This document shows positions 23,505 through 31,757 of a stretch of 36,145 nt of DNA, piece by piece. The translations under genes were made by a program, and so were the position numbers. Position 1 is the first letter of the stretch, and each line of letters begins with the position of its first letter. The notes under the pieces are model-generated. The model was given only the letters and a program-made list of their open reading frames with translations. It did not search any database and was not told where the DNA came from. This stretch comes from a virus. The stretch spans positions 1 to 36,145 of the IMG/VR virus record IMGVR_UViG_3300045988_006074; one strand, written 5' to 3'.

Positions 23505-23909
23505 TTACTGTGCTTGGACCGTGGTATTCTCCGATGCAGAGCCAGAGACAGCGGCGTCCGTTTCTGTCTCCGCAGAGGGAAAAAGCCCGAGAAACTCCGG
23601 GTCCGTCATGAGGTCGACAATGTCGGAAGTGAGTTTAAACAGATTCAAGCTCTCCGCGTATGCCTCCGGCGTAACGCCAGCCAGCGCCGCCAGAAGCTGC
23701 ACAATATCCTCCCTGTGCCCCTTGATGAGAGCCGGAGCGGATTTTTTCACCCGCTCCAGCATAAACTCCTTCGGTTTCTTTCCCTTCGGGCAGCGCTGCC
23801 GCTGGAACAGCGCCGCTGCGGTCTGATCTGCGGCGATATTGGCAATAGGTTCGATGATTTCCGCGATCACGTCCAGCGTCCGCTCGCCTTTGATATCAGA
23901 AAGCTTCAT
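23505..23909 (-). CDS. Tail assembly chaperone (gpG-like).
   Basis: A 134-aa acidic protein between the major tail protein and the tape measure. Confidence 0.75.
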   Translation of the reverse strand: MKLSDIKGERTLDVIAEIIEPIANIAADQTAAALFQRQRCPKGKKPKEFMLERVKKSAPALIKGHREDIVQLLAALAGVTPEAYAESLNLFKLTSDIVDLMTDPEFLGLFPSAETETDAAVSGSASENTTVQAQ

Positions 23910-24508
23910 GCCCCAGCCTCCGCCGTACCGGCCTTGACAAAGACCTCATAGGGCACCTTGTTCTGGCCGACCATGGAATAATGGCCGGTAAATTCAAAGG
24001 CAAACTGGCCCTTTCCCTTATTGGTGCTCTGGATCTGGAAACCGCCGGTAGACAGGGAGTTAAGCATATGGATCGCGACAAAGCCGCCGTTTGTCGCGCC
24101 GTTTTTGTCGGAGTAATCGCCGACCCACCAGATATCCTTGAAGTCCGTGTCCGCAACATCGTTGCGCGGCGTGATCTTCGTTGTGTCGGCCTTGTCCACA
24201 TCCGCAGCACCCGCCATAAGCGCCGCGGAGGACGTCGAGACCGTGATAAAACTGCCGGACATTTTGACATCCCAGCCGGTCAGTTTTTTCAGTTCTTTAA
24301 CGTTAGTCGGCGCGTTATCGATATCAGCACCGTAGTCCTCGTAGGTCGGCGTTGCGGTGAAGTTGACGCCGCCGCTGGTCGCGCCGATCATGACACCAAG
24401 GAGCTCCTGCTCCGTCATGCCGTCCGTCGTGTCGAAGTCAGTGAGCAAAACGCCTGCGTTCAGCTGCAGCTCCTTAAATGCGTTTTCTGGAATCTTCGTA
24501 TATTTCAT
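23906..24508 (-). CDS. Major tail protein.
   Basis: The position and size fit. The protein begins MKYTKIPENAFKELQLNAGVLLTDFD... The RBS is GGAGGAA. Confidence 0.75.
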   Translation of the reverse strand: MKYTKIPENAFKELQLNAGVLLTDFDTTDGMTEQELLGVMIGATSGGVNFTATPTYEDYGADIDNAPTNVKELKKLTGWDVKMSGSFITVSTSSAALMAGAADVDKADTTKITPRNDVADTDFKDIWWVGDYSDKNGATNGGFVAIHMLNSLSTGGFQIQSTNKGKGQFAFEFTGHYSMVGQNKVPYEVFVKAGTAEAGA

Positions 24509-24524
24509 GTTATCGTTCCTCCAT

Positions 24525-24893
24525 TCAGTCCTGCGACAGGTATTCTACTGTAATATTCAAATACCGCCGCTTGATGTTTTTGTCGTCGTCCTGTGCAATA
24601 TTCTGGCACCATGGAGAGCCGCGCTTGAACCACATCGCGCCGCCGTCATAAGGAACCATGCAGCCGCCAAGTCCGATTGCATCTGCAATTTCCTGGGCCT
24701 TCGCATTAGGGCCAGCTTCGCTTTCCGTGTAAAACCAGAGGTTGACCGTCAGGCCGATTTCCCCGCTGTCCCACGCGCCGGTTACCAGCTCATAAGTCAG
24801 CCACGGGAAAATCGCGTCCTCCGGCACATTCGAGGCCGGATAAGCCGGCAGAAATTGGGAAAACCACGCATGAAGCGCCTTGTCCTTTGTCAT
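24525..24893 (-). CDS. Neck or tail-completion protein (tail terminator-like).
   Basis: The call rests on synteny between the head-closure protein and the major tail protein. Confidence 0.5.
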   Translation of the reverse strand: MTKDKALHAWFSQFLPAYPASNVPEDAIFPWLTYELVTGAWDSGEIGLTVNLWFYTESEAGPNAKAQEIADAIGLGGCMVPYDGGAMWFKRGSPWCQNIAQDDDKNIKRRYLNITVEYLSQD

Positions 24894-25249
24894 TTTGGAA
24901 GGTCCTTTCGTTCTGCGGTGAAGAATTTTAGCCCGCGAATTGTCGCCCCCGCAGACTTCGGTGCTTCCCGTTCCTCCGGGTTCGACGTTACGCGGTAGGT
25001 GACGCCGGATGCAACGTCGCGGAAATAGTCCATGTATTCAATGGGGACAGTCTTGTTTACCAGCGCGGAATATACCGAGGTAACGCCCTCTTTTTCCGCC
25101 CGGCGGGCCTCCATCGAAGTATCGAGGGCCTGGTAATTGAGAAATTCCGCCCCCTCCGTCCATGTGACTTCATAGCCGCCTGCGCCATCCGGGACGCGCT
25201 TTTTCTCCATCAGCACACACTTTTGGGAAAAATCATCTAACAGACTCAT
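24890..25249 (-). CDS. Head closure / head-tail adaptor protein (SPP1 gp16-like).
   Basis: From the internal ATG at 25249: MSLLDDFSQKCVLMEKKRVPDGAGGYEVTWTEGAEF... Confidence 0.6.
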   Translation of the reverse strand: MSLLDDFSQKCVLMEKKRVPDGAGGYEVTWTEGAEFLNYQALDTSMEARRAEKEGVTSVYSALVNKTVPIEYMDYFRDVASGVTYRVTSNPEEREAPKSAGATIRGLKFFTAERKDLPK

Positions 25250-25271
25250 ATCGGGATTTGCACCTCCGTTT

Positions 25272-25703
25272 TCAGGGCTCCACGCCCTTAATCTTTCTCC
25301 ATGGATTGAGCCGCGCACGGAAAGCCGCCTGCCAGCCGCCAGCCGCCCCGTTGCCGGTATTTTCTGCGGATTTGCTGTAACTGTACCCGCCGAAGCTTTC
25401 GCTTGTATACGGGCTTGCAGCGGCTTCCCCGTACTTCTCCAGCCATGCGGAAATCTCATCCGCCAGGGAAAAGATTGCCTTCGGAATCGCCAGCGCCCAG
25501 ATGTAGCCAGTGAAAGATTCGTCCATCAGATCTGTCGCTGGGTATTGATGCAGCCCGTCATTGAACACCGAGCCGATGATCCGGAAGTACTGCCCGGACG
25601 CGACAAAGGGCAGCGTTATGCTGCCCTTTTCTACGCTATAATCGCCCGGCTGAACGTCCACAACGAACCAGTTATTCAGGTGCCGCAGGATCTGTTCCAG
25701 CAT
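25272..25703 (-). CDS. Head-tail connector protein (gp6/gp15-like).
   Basis: It lies directly after the capsid gene. The protein begins MLEQILRHLNNWF... Confidence 0.55.
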   Translation of the reverse strand: MLEQILRHLNNWFVVDVQPGDYSVEKGSITLPFVASGQYFRIIGSVFNDGLHQYPATDLMDESFTGYIWALAIPKAIFSLADEISAWLEKYGEAAASPYTSESFGGYSYSKSAENTGNGAAGGWQAAFRARLNPWRKIKGVEP

Positions 25704-25718
25704 CGCCGCGCCCTCCGA

Positions 25719-26585
25719 TTAAGCCACGGAAGCAATAAGCTTTGCGATCTGGCTGCCGTCGGTGACCTTCGCGCCGTAGACATGCAGGCCCTTGACGGCG
25801 TCGGCAAAGCGCTTTTCGAGACGGTATGCCTCGGTCTTGATGATCTGCTCGGCATAGGTCGTCGCCGTGCTGACCTGGGCCGTAATCTCGAAATACGCCG
25901 TCTTCCCAGTGTCCGTGCCGGTGCCGGTGTGGACGTTGTTGGACATATAAACCGTAAAGCCAGCCACGCGGCCAACCTCGCCGTTGAGCAGGGCGCTCTG
26001 ACCGGCGGCGGCGTCGCTCTTGGCAAAGCGGTCATCCATCAGCAGAAGCGCGTAGACTTCAGGCGGGACAACGATGGTCCGGCCGGTGTTGGGGACGTTG
26101 GCCTTGTCCAGTTTCGTGCGCAGCTTCACGATGTTCTCATACACGTTTGCCGCCGTCAGTGCAATCGGGGCACTGGCCGCGCCGACCGTGTTGCCGGAAG
26201 CAGCGCCCGCAGCGATCGTCTTGAGCAGATAAGCGTCCGCGACATCCGCCAGGCTATAGGCAGCGCGGCCCATCGCAGTGTCGATCAGGTCGCCTGCTGC
26301 CTGCACATTGTCCACGTCGTCGACCTGGAAGTTAAAGTATTTGCACTGGTCGATGACAAGCGTCTGTTCCGTCGTGGTCAGCGCATCGGGATCGGCAATG
26401 TCGGCGTTTTTGGTGTAATCCTTGACGGTGATCGCGCCGATGGAGTTGATGTGAACGGTGTCGCCCTGGTTGGCAATAATACCCTGGTACTCCCGGTTGA
26501 CCAGGTTCGTTGCGACGTGCGCCTTGTCCAGTGCGTAGAGGAGCCGTGCGCTCCAAAGTTCAGGGATAAAAGTAGTAGTAGCCAT
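25719..26585 (-). CDS. Major capsid protein (HK97 fold, P22-coat/gp5-like N-terminal pattern).
   Basis: MATTTFIPELWSARLLYALDKAHVATNLVNREYQG... It lies after the scaffold gene. The RBS is AAAGGAG. Confidence 0.85.
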   Translation of the reverse strand: MATTTFIPELWSARLLYALDKAHVATNLVNREYQGIIANQGDTVHINSIGAITVKDYTKNADIADPDALTTTEQTLVIDQCKYFNFQVDDVDNVQAAGDLIDTAMGRAAYSLADVADAYLLKTIAAGAASGNTVGAASAPIALTAANVYENIVKLRTKLDKANVPNTGRTIVVPPEVYALLLMDDRFAKSDAAAGQSALLNGEVGRVAGFTVYMSNNVHTGTGTDTGKTAYFEITAQVSTATTYAEQIIKTEAYRLEKRFADAVKGLHVYGAKVTDGSQIAKLIASVA

Positions 26586-26587
26586 GT

Positions 26588-27187
26588 TTATTCTCCTTTC
26601 TGGCCAATGGACGCCTTAATCGCGTCCCAGTTTGCATTGATTTCCGCAGCGCTCATGCTGCGAAGCTCTTCTGTCGTGTAGCGTTTCGCCGGTGTCCCCG
26701 CCGGAGGATTGGCAGGATTCGCCCCTTGCTGCTGCATGGTAGAAACCAGGCCCTTGTAAGCCCCGCTGAGCAGCGCGTCAAGGCCCTTTGTGTCCTTGAT
26801 CTTGTCGCCATCCAGCTCCAATGCGGCCATTTCCTCGCCGCAGCCGCGCATGGCAAGGTCGAGATTCGCGCCGGTGATGTTTTTGCTTTCGAAGAAAGCC
26901 CGGACAGCCTTTTCCTTTGCTGCCTTCGTTTCCTTCGCGGTGATATTGGACTTAAAAGCCTCAAAATCCGAGTGCTCTTTCTCGTATTTCGACTTGTAGC
27001 CGCCATCGCCTGCCGCCTTTAGATCGTCCAATTCCTTCTGAACGCCCGCCAGCTTTCCCGCGTCGGCCTTATATCTGCTGACATCAGCTTTCAGACCGTC
27101 CACGGTTTCTGTGTGTGCCTCGATGATGGTGTCAACCTGTTCGTCGGTCAGACCCATGCCCTTCAGCAATTTTCTGGTAATGCTCAT
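26588..27187 (-). CDS. Scaffolding protein (GP20-like).
   Basis: MSITRKLLKGMGLTDEQVDTIIEAHTETVDGLKADVSRYKADA... The protein is helical and charged. Confidence 0.8.
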   Translation of the reverse strand: MSITRKLLKGMGLTDEQVDTIIEAHTETVDGLKADVSRYKADAGKLAGVQKELDDLKAAGDGGYKSKYEKEHSDFEAFKSNITAKETKAAKEKAVRAFFESKNITGANLDLAMRGCGEEMAALELDGDKIKDTKGLDALLSGAYKGLVSTMQQQGANPANPPAGTPAKRYTTEELRSMSAAEINANWDAIKASIGQKGE

Positions 27188-27270
27188 TGTGTTACTCTCC
27201 TTTTCTTCGGGGGTCGGTTCTTCGCCCTTTGAGTTTTATAAAAACCGCTGTCCTTCGCGGGTTTTACCAA

Positions 27271-27309
27271 AGCAAAAAGCCAACCGCTGACATTTTGTCA
27301 GCAGCTGGC
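27271..27309 (-). terminator. Rho-independent terminator specific to the minus strand.
   Basis: The minus strand reads GCCAGCTGCTGACA-AAA-TGTCAGCGGTTGGC (14 bp including two G-U pairs), then TTTTTGCTTT. On the plus strand the same positions are mismatches. Confidence 0.7.
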
Positions 27310-27327
27310 TTTGCGTTTTCTATTCTG

Positions 27328-27723
27328 TTATCCGTCCTTGATGGCGTCCTCAAGGATCGCGCGGTATTGGGCCGCGTGATCCGCGACGGCAGGCTTGAGA
27401 TACGGCTGCGCACGGTTGCCGTGGGTGTAATGCCAATTGCCGTGCGCGTCCTGGTATACCCAGGGCGTCGGCCTGCCGCCGGGGTAGTATTTGCCGGTGC
27501 CAAGCTCTACATATGGGGCATATTCGAGGTTGGAGCCGATGAGCACATCGTTGTCATCCACCTGATGTGTTATGCTGTTGCGCAGGGTGCCATTGTCCAC
27601 AGGGCACAGCTTTTTTGCATACCCCTCCGCCGTCAGCCCGCACTTTTCAAGCCCGCGCATAATCGCCGCTTCAAACGCTTCCTTTACGGCGTCGCTATTG
27701 TCCGTAATCTCAACATCGCTCAT
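27328..27723 (-). CDS. HK97 gp10-family protein (neck/tail component), located upstream of the scaffold gene.
   Basis: CPVDNGTLRNSITHQVDDNDVLIGSNLEYAPYVELGTG...AQPYLKPAV. Confidence 0.75.
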   Translation of the reverse strand: MSDVEITDNSDAVKEAFEAAIMRGLEKCGLTAEGYAKKLCPVDNGTLRNSITHQVDDNDVLIGSNLEYAPYVELGTGKYYPGGRPTPWVYQDAHGNWHYTHGNRAQPYLKPAVADHAAQYRAILEDAIKDG

Positions 27724-27729
27724 GGAATT

Positions 27730-27924
27730 TCACCTCTGTTTCTTGCCGCAGCTTTGCACCGCCTCATTGAGTAGCGGCGCGAAATTCTCCCAAAACCGCA
27801 GAAACGGCGCGATATTCCAGCCGTCCCCGCTGGAGGATTTCGGTACAAGCCCCGCCTCGATTGCTTCCACCATTGCCGCGCCTTTCAGTGTCGCGGCAAG
27901 CTCTGGCTGCTTACGTGATTTCAT
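27730..27924 (-). CDS. Small hypothetical protein (64 aa).
   Basis: An ATG at 27924 lies 8 nt after GAAGGGAG. Confidence 0.5.
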   Translation of the reverse strand: MKSRKQPELAATLKGAAMVEAIEAGLVPKSSSGDGWNIAPFLRFWENFAPLLNEAVQSCGKKQR

Positions 27925-27938
27925 GTGCGTCGCTCCCT

Positions 27939-28139
27939 TCACAAATCTTTGCTTACCGCCGCCACGCCACAGATCGCAGCGCAAAGGATAAGCCACGCCG
28001 CATATGCAAACAGCGGACTCAGTACAGCATACCACGGCCAGTTGACCACATCACACGCCCGCAGCACAATAAAAACGATCTGCAGCAACTCTAACATCTT
28101 CTTTACGAATCCGGGTATGATTGATTTCATTTCTTCCAT
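27939..28139 (-). CDS. Small two-TM membrane protein (66 aa).
   Basis: The RBS is GAAGGAGGA. The protein reads LELLQIVFIVLRA...WYAVLSPLFAYAAWLILCAAICGVAAV. Confidence 0.6.
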   Translation of the reverse strand: MEEMKSIIPGFVKKMLELLQIVFIVLRACDVVNWPWYAVLSPLFAYAAWLILCAAICGVAAVSKDL

Positions 28140-28161
28140 GCAATCCTCCTTCTGTGCATAG

Positions 28162-28190
28162 AAAAAGCACCATGCGGCTGCATAGTGCTT
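28162..28190 (-). terminator. Rho-independent terminator after the YjcQ-like gene.
   Basis: The minus strand reads AAGCACTATGC-AGCC-GCATGGTGCTT (one mismatch) followed by TTTCTAT. Confidence 0.55.
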
Positions 28191-28197
28191 TAATCCT

Positions 28198-28563
28198 CTA
28201 TTTCGCCATGTTGGTTATTGTGGCTGCTATGGCTTGCCCGGCAACCGCCGCTCCAATATCCCTCAGCTCCCGCAGCGCTTTTTTTAATGCAGAATTTGTG
28301 TCGATGTATTCCAATCCCGCAAGTGTGATTGACGGGTGCGAATACTCCCACATGACCACGGGAAGCGGCTGATTGTCAATATCGTCCACAACAAACAGCC
28401 CGTCTATCAGTCCTTCCTTTTGGAGCTTGATAGCCAAACTGTCACGCTTTGCAGCGGGCGCTTTCATGACCTTTTCATCAACGAGCGCACAATCAAACAC
28501 TTTCTGCCCTTCACCGACGCGGACGGCAGCCAAGAGACGCGCTATAATCTTGAAATCATCCAT
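28198..28563 (-). CDS. YjcQ-family winged-helix protein.
   Basis: MDDFKIIARLLAAV...LQKEGLIDGL...PSITLAGLEYIDTNSALKKA. An ATG at 28563 follows GGAG; a TTG at 28572 is also possible. Confidence 0.65.
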   Translation of the reverse strand: MDDFKIIARLLAAVRVGEGQKVFDCALVDEKVMKAPAAKRDSLAIKLQKEGLIDGLFVVDDIDNQPLPVVMWEYSHPSITLAGLEYIDTNSALKKALRELRDIGAAVAGQAIAATITNMAK

Positions 28564-28864
28564 CTTGCCCAACTCCGATCTTCTTTAAGTATTCCTCATA
28601 CTCATACGGAATGCCGATGTCGTAGTTCTTGTAGTAGTGCAGAAACTCGTAGGGAAAAACGAAGTCGCCGTCCTCGAAAATTCCAGCACGAATTTTTTCT
28701 TTCGTAAAAAGCTCAATCGACGGCTCAGAGGTCAACCAAGCGTCAAGCGATTCTATATGTGCAATTACATCTTTCTTTGGAATAGAATTCTTGTATTCCC
28801 TGTACTTGGAGAAATCCTCGTTGCTTCCTTCGTGTGGAAGCCCTCTAAAAAGGCCAAAATTCAT
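28556..28864 (-). CDS. Low-GC orphan protein (102 aa) directly after the MuF-fusion gene, a candidate immunity protein.
   Basis: The ATG lies 4 nt after the MuF stop, and the RBS sits within the AGGAGGAGG Arg codons. Hand counts of 60-nt lines give about 35-47% G+C, against more than 60% in neighbouring structural genes. Confidence 0.65.
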   Translation of the reverse strand: MNFGLFRGLPHEGSNEDFSKYREYKNSIPKKDVIAHIESLDAWLTSEPSIELFTKEKIRAGIFEDGDFVFPYEFLHYYKNYDIGIPYEYEEYLKKIGVGQDG

Positions 28865-28867
28865 ATT

Positions 28868-30373
28868 TTATTTTCGCCTCCTCCTCTGGTTTGGTGTAAA
28901 TGCCACAAACTTGCCATCGCCATTGAAACCTACCTTCAATGTTCCGCCCTTTGAAATGTATAACATTCCATTCGGCGCTTTGACCTCAACTCCGAGCGCG
29001 TTTGCCAATTCCTCAGCAAAGCAATAATGATCACCGACCTGCTTGCCGGTGCTGCACGAAAGCAACCGTATCTTCTGCCCGTTCCATCCGTCGCTGTGCT
29101 GGATAACGGAGGCAAGCAAGCGCGGTGACATATTCGTCTCCGCCGTGCCGAAGCCGACGGCATTCGGTGTGCCGTGCATTGCCACGTCAAAATAGGTTTT
29201 CAGCGGCTTCACGTTCTGGATGTACTTTTGCAGCGGGTCGTTGTCGGGGAAACAGGCAAAGCCGTTTTCCAGCTTCATTGTACGCTTTTTTACGATGGAT
29301 TTCAAGTCATCCCTCGCGTCAGCACCCAGGAATTTTAAAGCAGCTGTGTCATCCTTAGCATAACCGGCAACAATTTCTTTTGCTTTCCACGCCTCCCACT
29401 CTTTATAGGTCATATTCGGAATCAGAACGCTTTCGCCCGTCTCTGGGTCGCGTGCCCTGCGCTGCGCCCCAGACGTGTCCACGTCATCCAGCGCAGCGAC
29501 CATCGTGCAGCGGCAGTTATAGACCTCGCCGGGCCGCCCCTGCGGGTCGCCGGGGAAGCGGCAGCCGTTGGAAAACTTCTCGTCCGTGCCGACCTCCTCC
29601 CCGTCCAGCGCCGCGTGGGAGTGCCGCGTGCGCCCGTCTAACGTCGCCAGCCACTCTTTTTTGAGCTTGATCCCCATCTTCTCCGCCGCCGCGTAACTGT
29701 CCATACGCCCGGCGTTCTGCGCCCCGGTGAAGGCCGTGCGAGCCGTCCGGATTGCGCTAGCGCGGTCCATGGTCGTGATGCGCTGCTGCAGATCGTCCGC
29801 GATTCCCCGCAGGCTCCGGCCCTGCAGGATAGAGCTGGTCACGCTGGCCGTGATCTGCCGCCGCCCATACGCCAGGTCAATACCACGCCGCAGCGCCCGG
29901 GCAGGCGGATAATTTGGCATCAGCTCCGGCTGCTCCACGATCAGCCGCCGGGCCGTCTGCTCGTCCCAGAGGTCAAATCCGACGTTCCCGGCGACCTGCT
30001 CAATCGTATACGCCGCATAGTTGCGGTTCAGACTGTAAATGCCCGGCGTCTCGTCGTTTATGTAAGAAATCGCCACGGCGTTTGCATTGGTCATTCGCTG
30101 CGCAATCCGCTCCCGCAGTGCCTGGTAGCGCTCCCCGCGTCCGATTTGTGCCAGCCGCCATTGCTTATAGTCCTGCTCCGTCCACTCCTTGCCGTTGACG
30201 ATCTCGCCAATCAGCGCCCTCATTTCCTCGTCGCGCTTTGCAAACTGCTCAAAGTAAGCGTCGATGGTCTCTTGCAGCTCCCGCCCGGCCTGTGCATAAA
30301 TCCGCGCGATGCGTCGTTCCAAAGCCAGGAGCTTTTTGTCGGTCAGCGTATGTCCGAGGTCATGCGTCGCCAT
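28868..30373 (-). CDS. Minor head protein of the MuF / SPP1 gp7 family, fused to an unrelated C-terminal domain of about 200 aa.
   Basis: The MuF part ends ...FPGDPQGRPGEVYNCRCTMVAALDD. The C-terminal domain reads ...YFDVAMHGTPNAVGF...RLLASVIQHSDGWNGQKIRLLSCSTGKQ...FAEELANALGVEVKAPNGMLYI. Confidence 0.85.
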   Translation of the reverse strand: MATHDLGHTLTDKKLLALERRIARIYAQAGRELQETIDAYFEQFAKRDEEMRALIGEIVNGKEWTEQDYKQWRLAQIGRGERYQALRERIAQRMTNANAVAISYINDETPGIYSLNRNYAAYTIEQVAGNVGFDLWDEQTARRLIVEQPELMPNYPPARALRRGIDLAYGRRQITASVTSSILQGRSLRGIADDLQQRITTMDRASAIRTARTAFTGAQNAGRMDSYAAAEKMGIKLKKEWLATLDGRTRHSHAALDGEEVGTDEKFSNGCRFPGDPQGRPGEVYNCRCTMVAALDDVDTSGAQRRARDPETGESVLIPNMTYKEWEAWKAKEIVAGYAKDDTAALKFLGADARDDLKSIVKKRTMKLENGFACFPDNDPLQKYIQNVKPLKTYFDVAMHGTPNAVGFGTAETNMSPRLLASVIQHSDGWNGQKIRLLSCSTGKQVGDHYCFAEELANALGVEVKAPNGMLYISKGGTLKVGFNGDGKFVAFTPNQRRRRK

Positions 30374-31724
30374 TGTTATTCACCGGCGCTGGCGGCTCCT
30401 GCGGCTCACCAAAGCTGCGGCCCAAGTCCTCAGCGGACCGTCGCTCCATCATGGCCTCGTACTGGTCAATGTCCCCATTGATCGTCAGCAGCTTCTTTGT
30501 GATGTATTCGTCATCGTAATACTGCGCCCCAAGCAAGAGCGCCTGCGTCTCTTCGGTCTTGTTGATGATCTGATTCCGCGTGTAGCTTGGCTGATCGTCG
30601 ATACCGGCCAGCCGCAGAATTTCCACAATGAAGCGCGTGACCTCCGCCTCAAACTTGTCCGTTTTCAGGTCAAGCGGAACATAGCTGGCCTTGATTGCCG
30701 TCGCCGTCTGGTTTCCCGCCGTGATAGCAGAAGCGTCGAAACACTGAAAATCTTCATACAGTTTCCGTTTCAGCATATCTATCGTCGTATTTGTCCCTTC
30801 GTACGGCGCTTCAATTGTCTGCGGTGTTGCCTTCGCACCGTCGTCGCCGTCTGCGTGGGCTACATGCAGCGTTTTGAGCCGCTCCACAAATTTTACATCG
30901 TCGAGGTCATTCATGCCGCCGCAGTTGGAGAGGACCCAGTAAATCAGATTCCCCTCGTCCACATTGTTGACCATGTTTGACGTCGCCAAATCCAGCGCGT
31001 CGATGGTGTTTCGGCTCCCGGCAATCTCAGATAGGCACATGCGATTGTTTTTCAGCGGAACGACCGGGAAGCCGGGGTAATTGCCGCCGTCGTATATCTC
31101 GCTGCCGCCGACCGGAGCAGTACGAATTAAAAGCTTATAGCTGCGCTTCGGCTTCATCACGTCCATGCTTTTGTTTTTTTCCTGGAAATACTCCGTAAAC
31201 CCGTCCGGTTCATAGAGTGTGGCCCGTAGCGGCTTGTCCGGTGCAATCTGCCAGAAGCGAATGCCCGCCATCAGCGCACCGTTTTCCTCATCGTAGAGCG
31301 GCACAAACTCCAGCAAGCTGAACACCCGCAGGTGATCCAGATCCCAGAAGCCGAAGGACACGCCTGCAATTTTTGCGCTGCGTGCGGCATCCATGATTTC
31401 CTGGTCAAAATCAGCGCACAGTTTCTTTCCTGTCGATTCATCGCCGAAGGTGACGCCATTGCCCAGAAGATAGCTGACAGCCTGGTCGACCGCAAAGCCA
31501 AAAAATCGGCTTGCAAGTTTATGATTTGCCGTCCACATGTCCTTGTGTGCCTTGCCCTGCAGGTCGTAGAGGACTTTTTCATAACGATTGATCGTCGGAT
31601 TCAATCCGCTATAATACAGCTCCGCATCCTCTGCGGTCCGGTAAGCCGGAGACCCTCGGTGCTCCGCAATAGCAGCGCGGATAAATGCGATGCGGCTCTG
31701 TTTGTCATCGCCAGCCGCAAGCAA
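30360..31724 (-). CDS. Portal protein (SPP1 gp6-like).
   Basis: A 454-aa protein between TerL and MuF. The start is uncertain: TTG at 31724, and the best SD (GAGAGGTGA) lies further upstream. Confidence 0.85.
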   Translation of the reverse strand: MLAAGDDKQSRIAFIRAAIAEHRGSPAYRTAEDAELYYSGLNPTINRYEKVLYDLQGKAHKDMWTANHKLASRFFGFAVDQAVSYLLGNGVTFGDESTGKKLCADFDQEIMDAARSAKIAGVSFGFWDLDHLRVFSLLEFVPLYDEENGALMAGIRFWQIAPDKPLRATLYEPDGFTEYFQEKNKSMDVMKPKRSYKLLIRTAPVGGSEIYDGGNYPGFPVVPLKNNRMCLSEIAGSRNTIDALDLATSNMVNNVDEGNLIYWVLSNCGGMNDLDDVKFVERLKTLHVAHADGDDGAKATPQTIEAPYEGTNTTIDMLKRKLYEDFQCFDASAITAGNQTATAIKASYVPLDLKTDKFEAEVTRFIVEILRLAGIDDQPSYTRNQIINKTEETQALLLGAQYYDDEYITKKLLTINGDIDQYEAMMERRSAEDLGRSFGEPQEPPAPVNNNGDA

Positions 31725-31757
31725 ATCTTGATACGTTTTGATTGTCGCTCACCTCTC

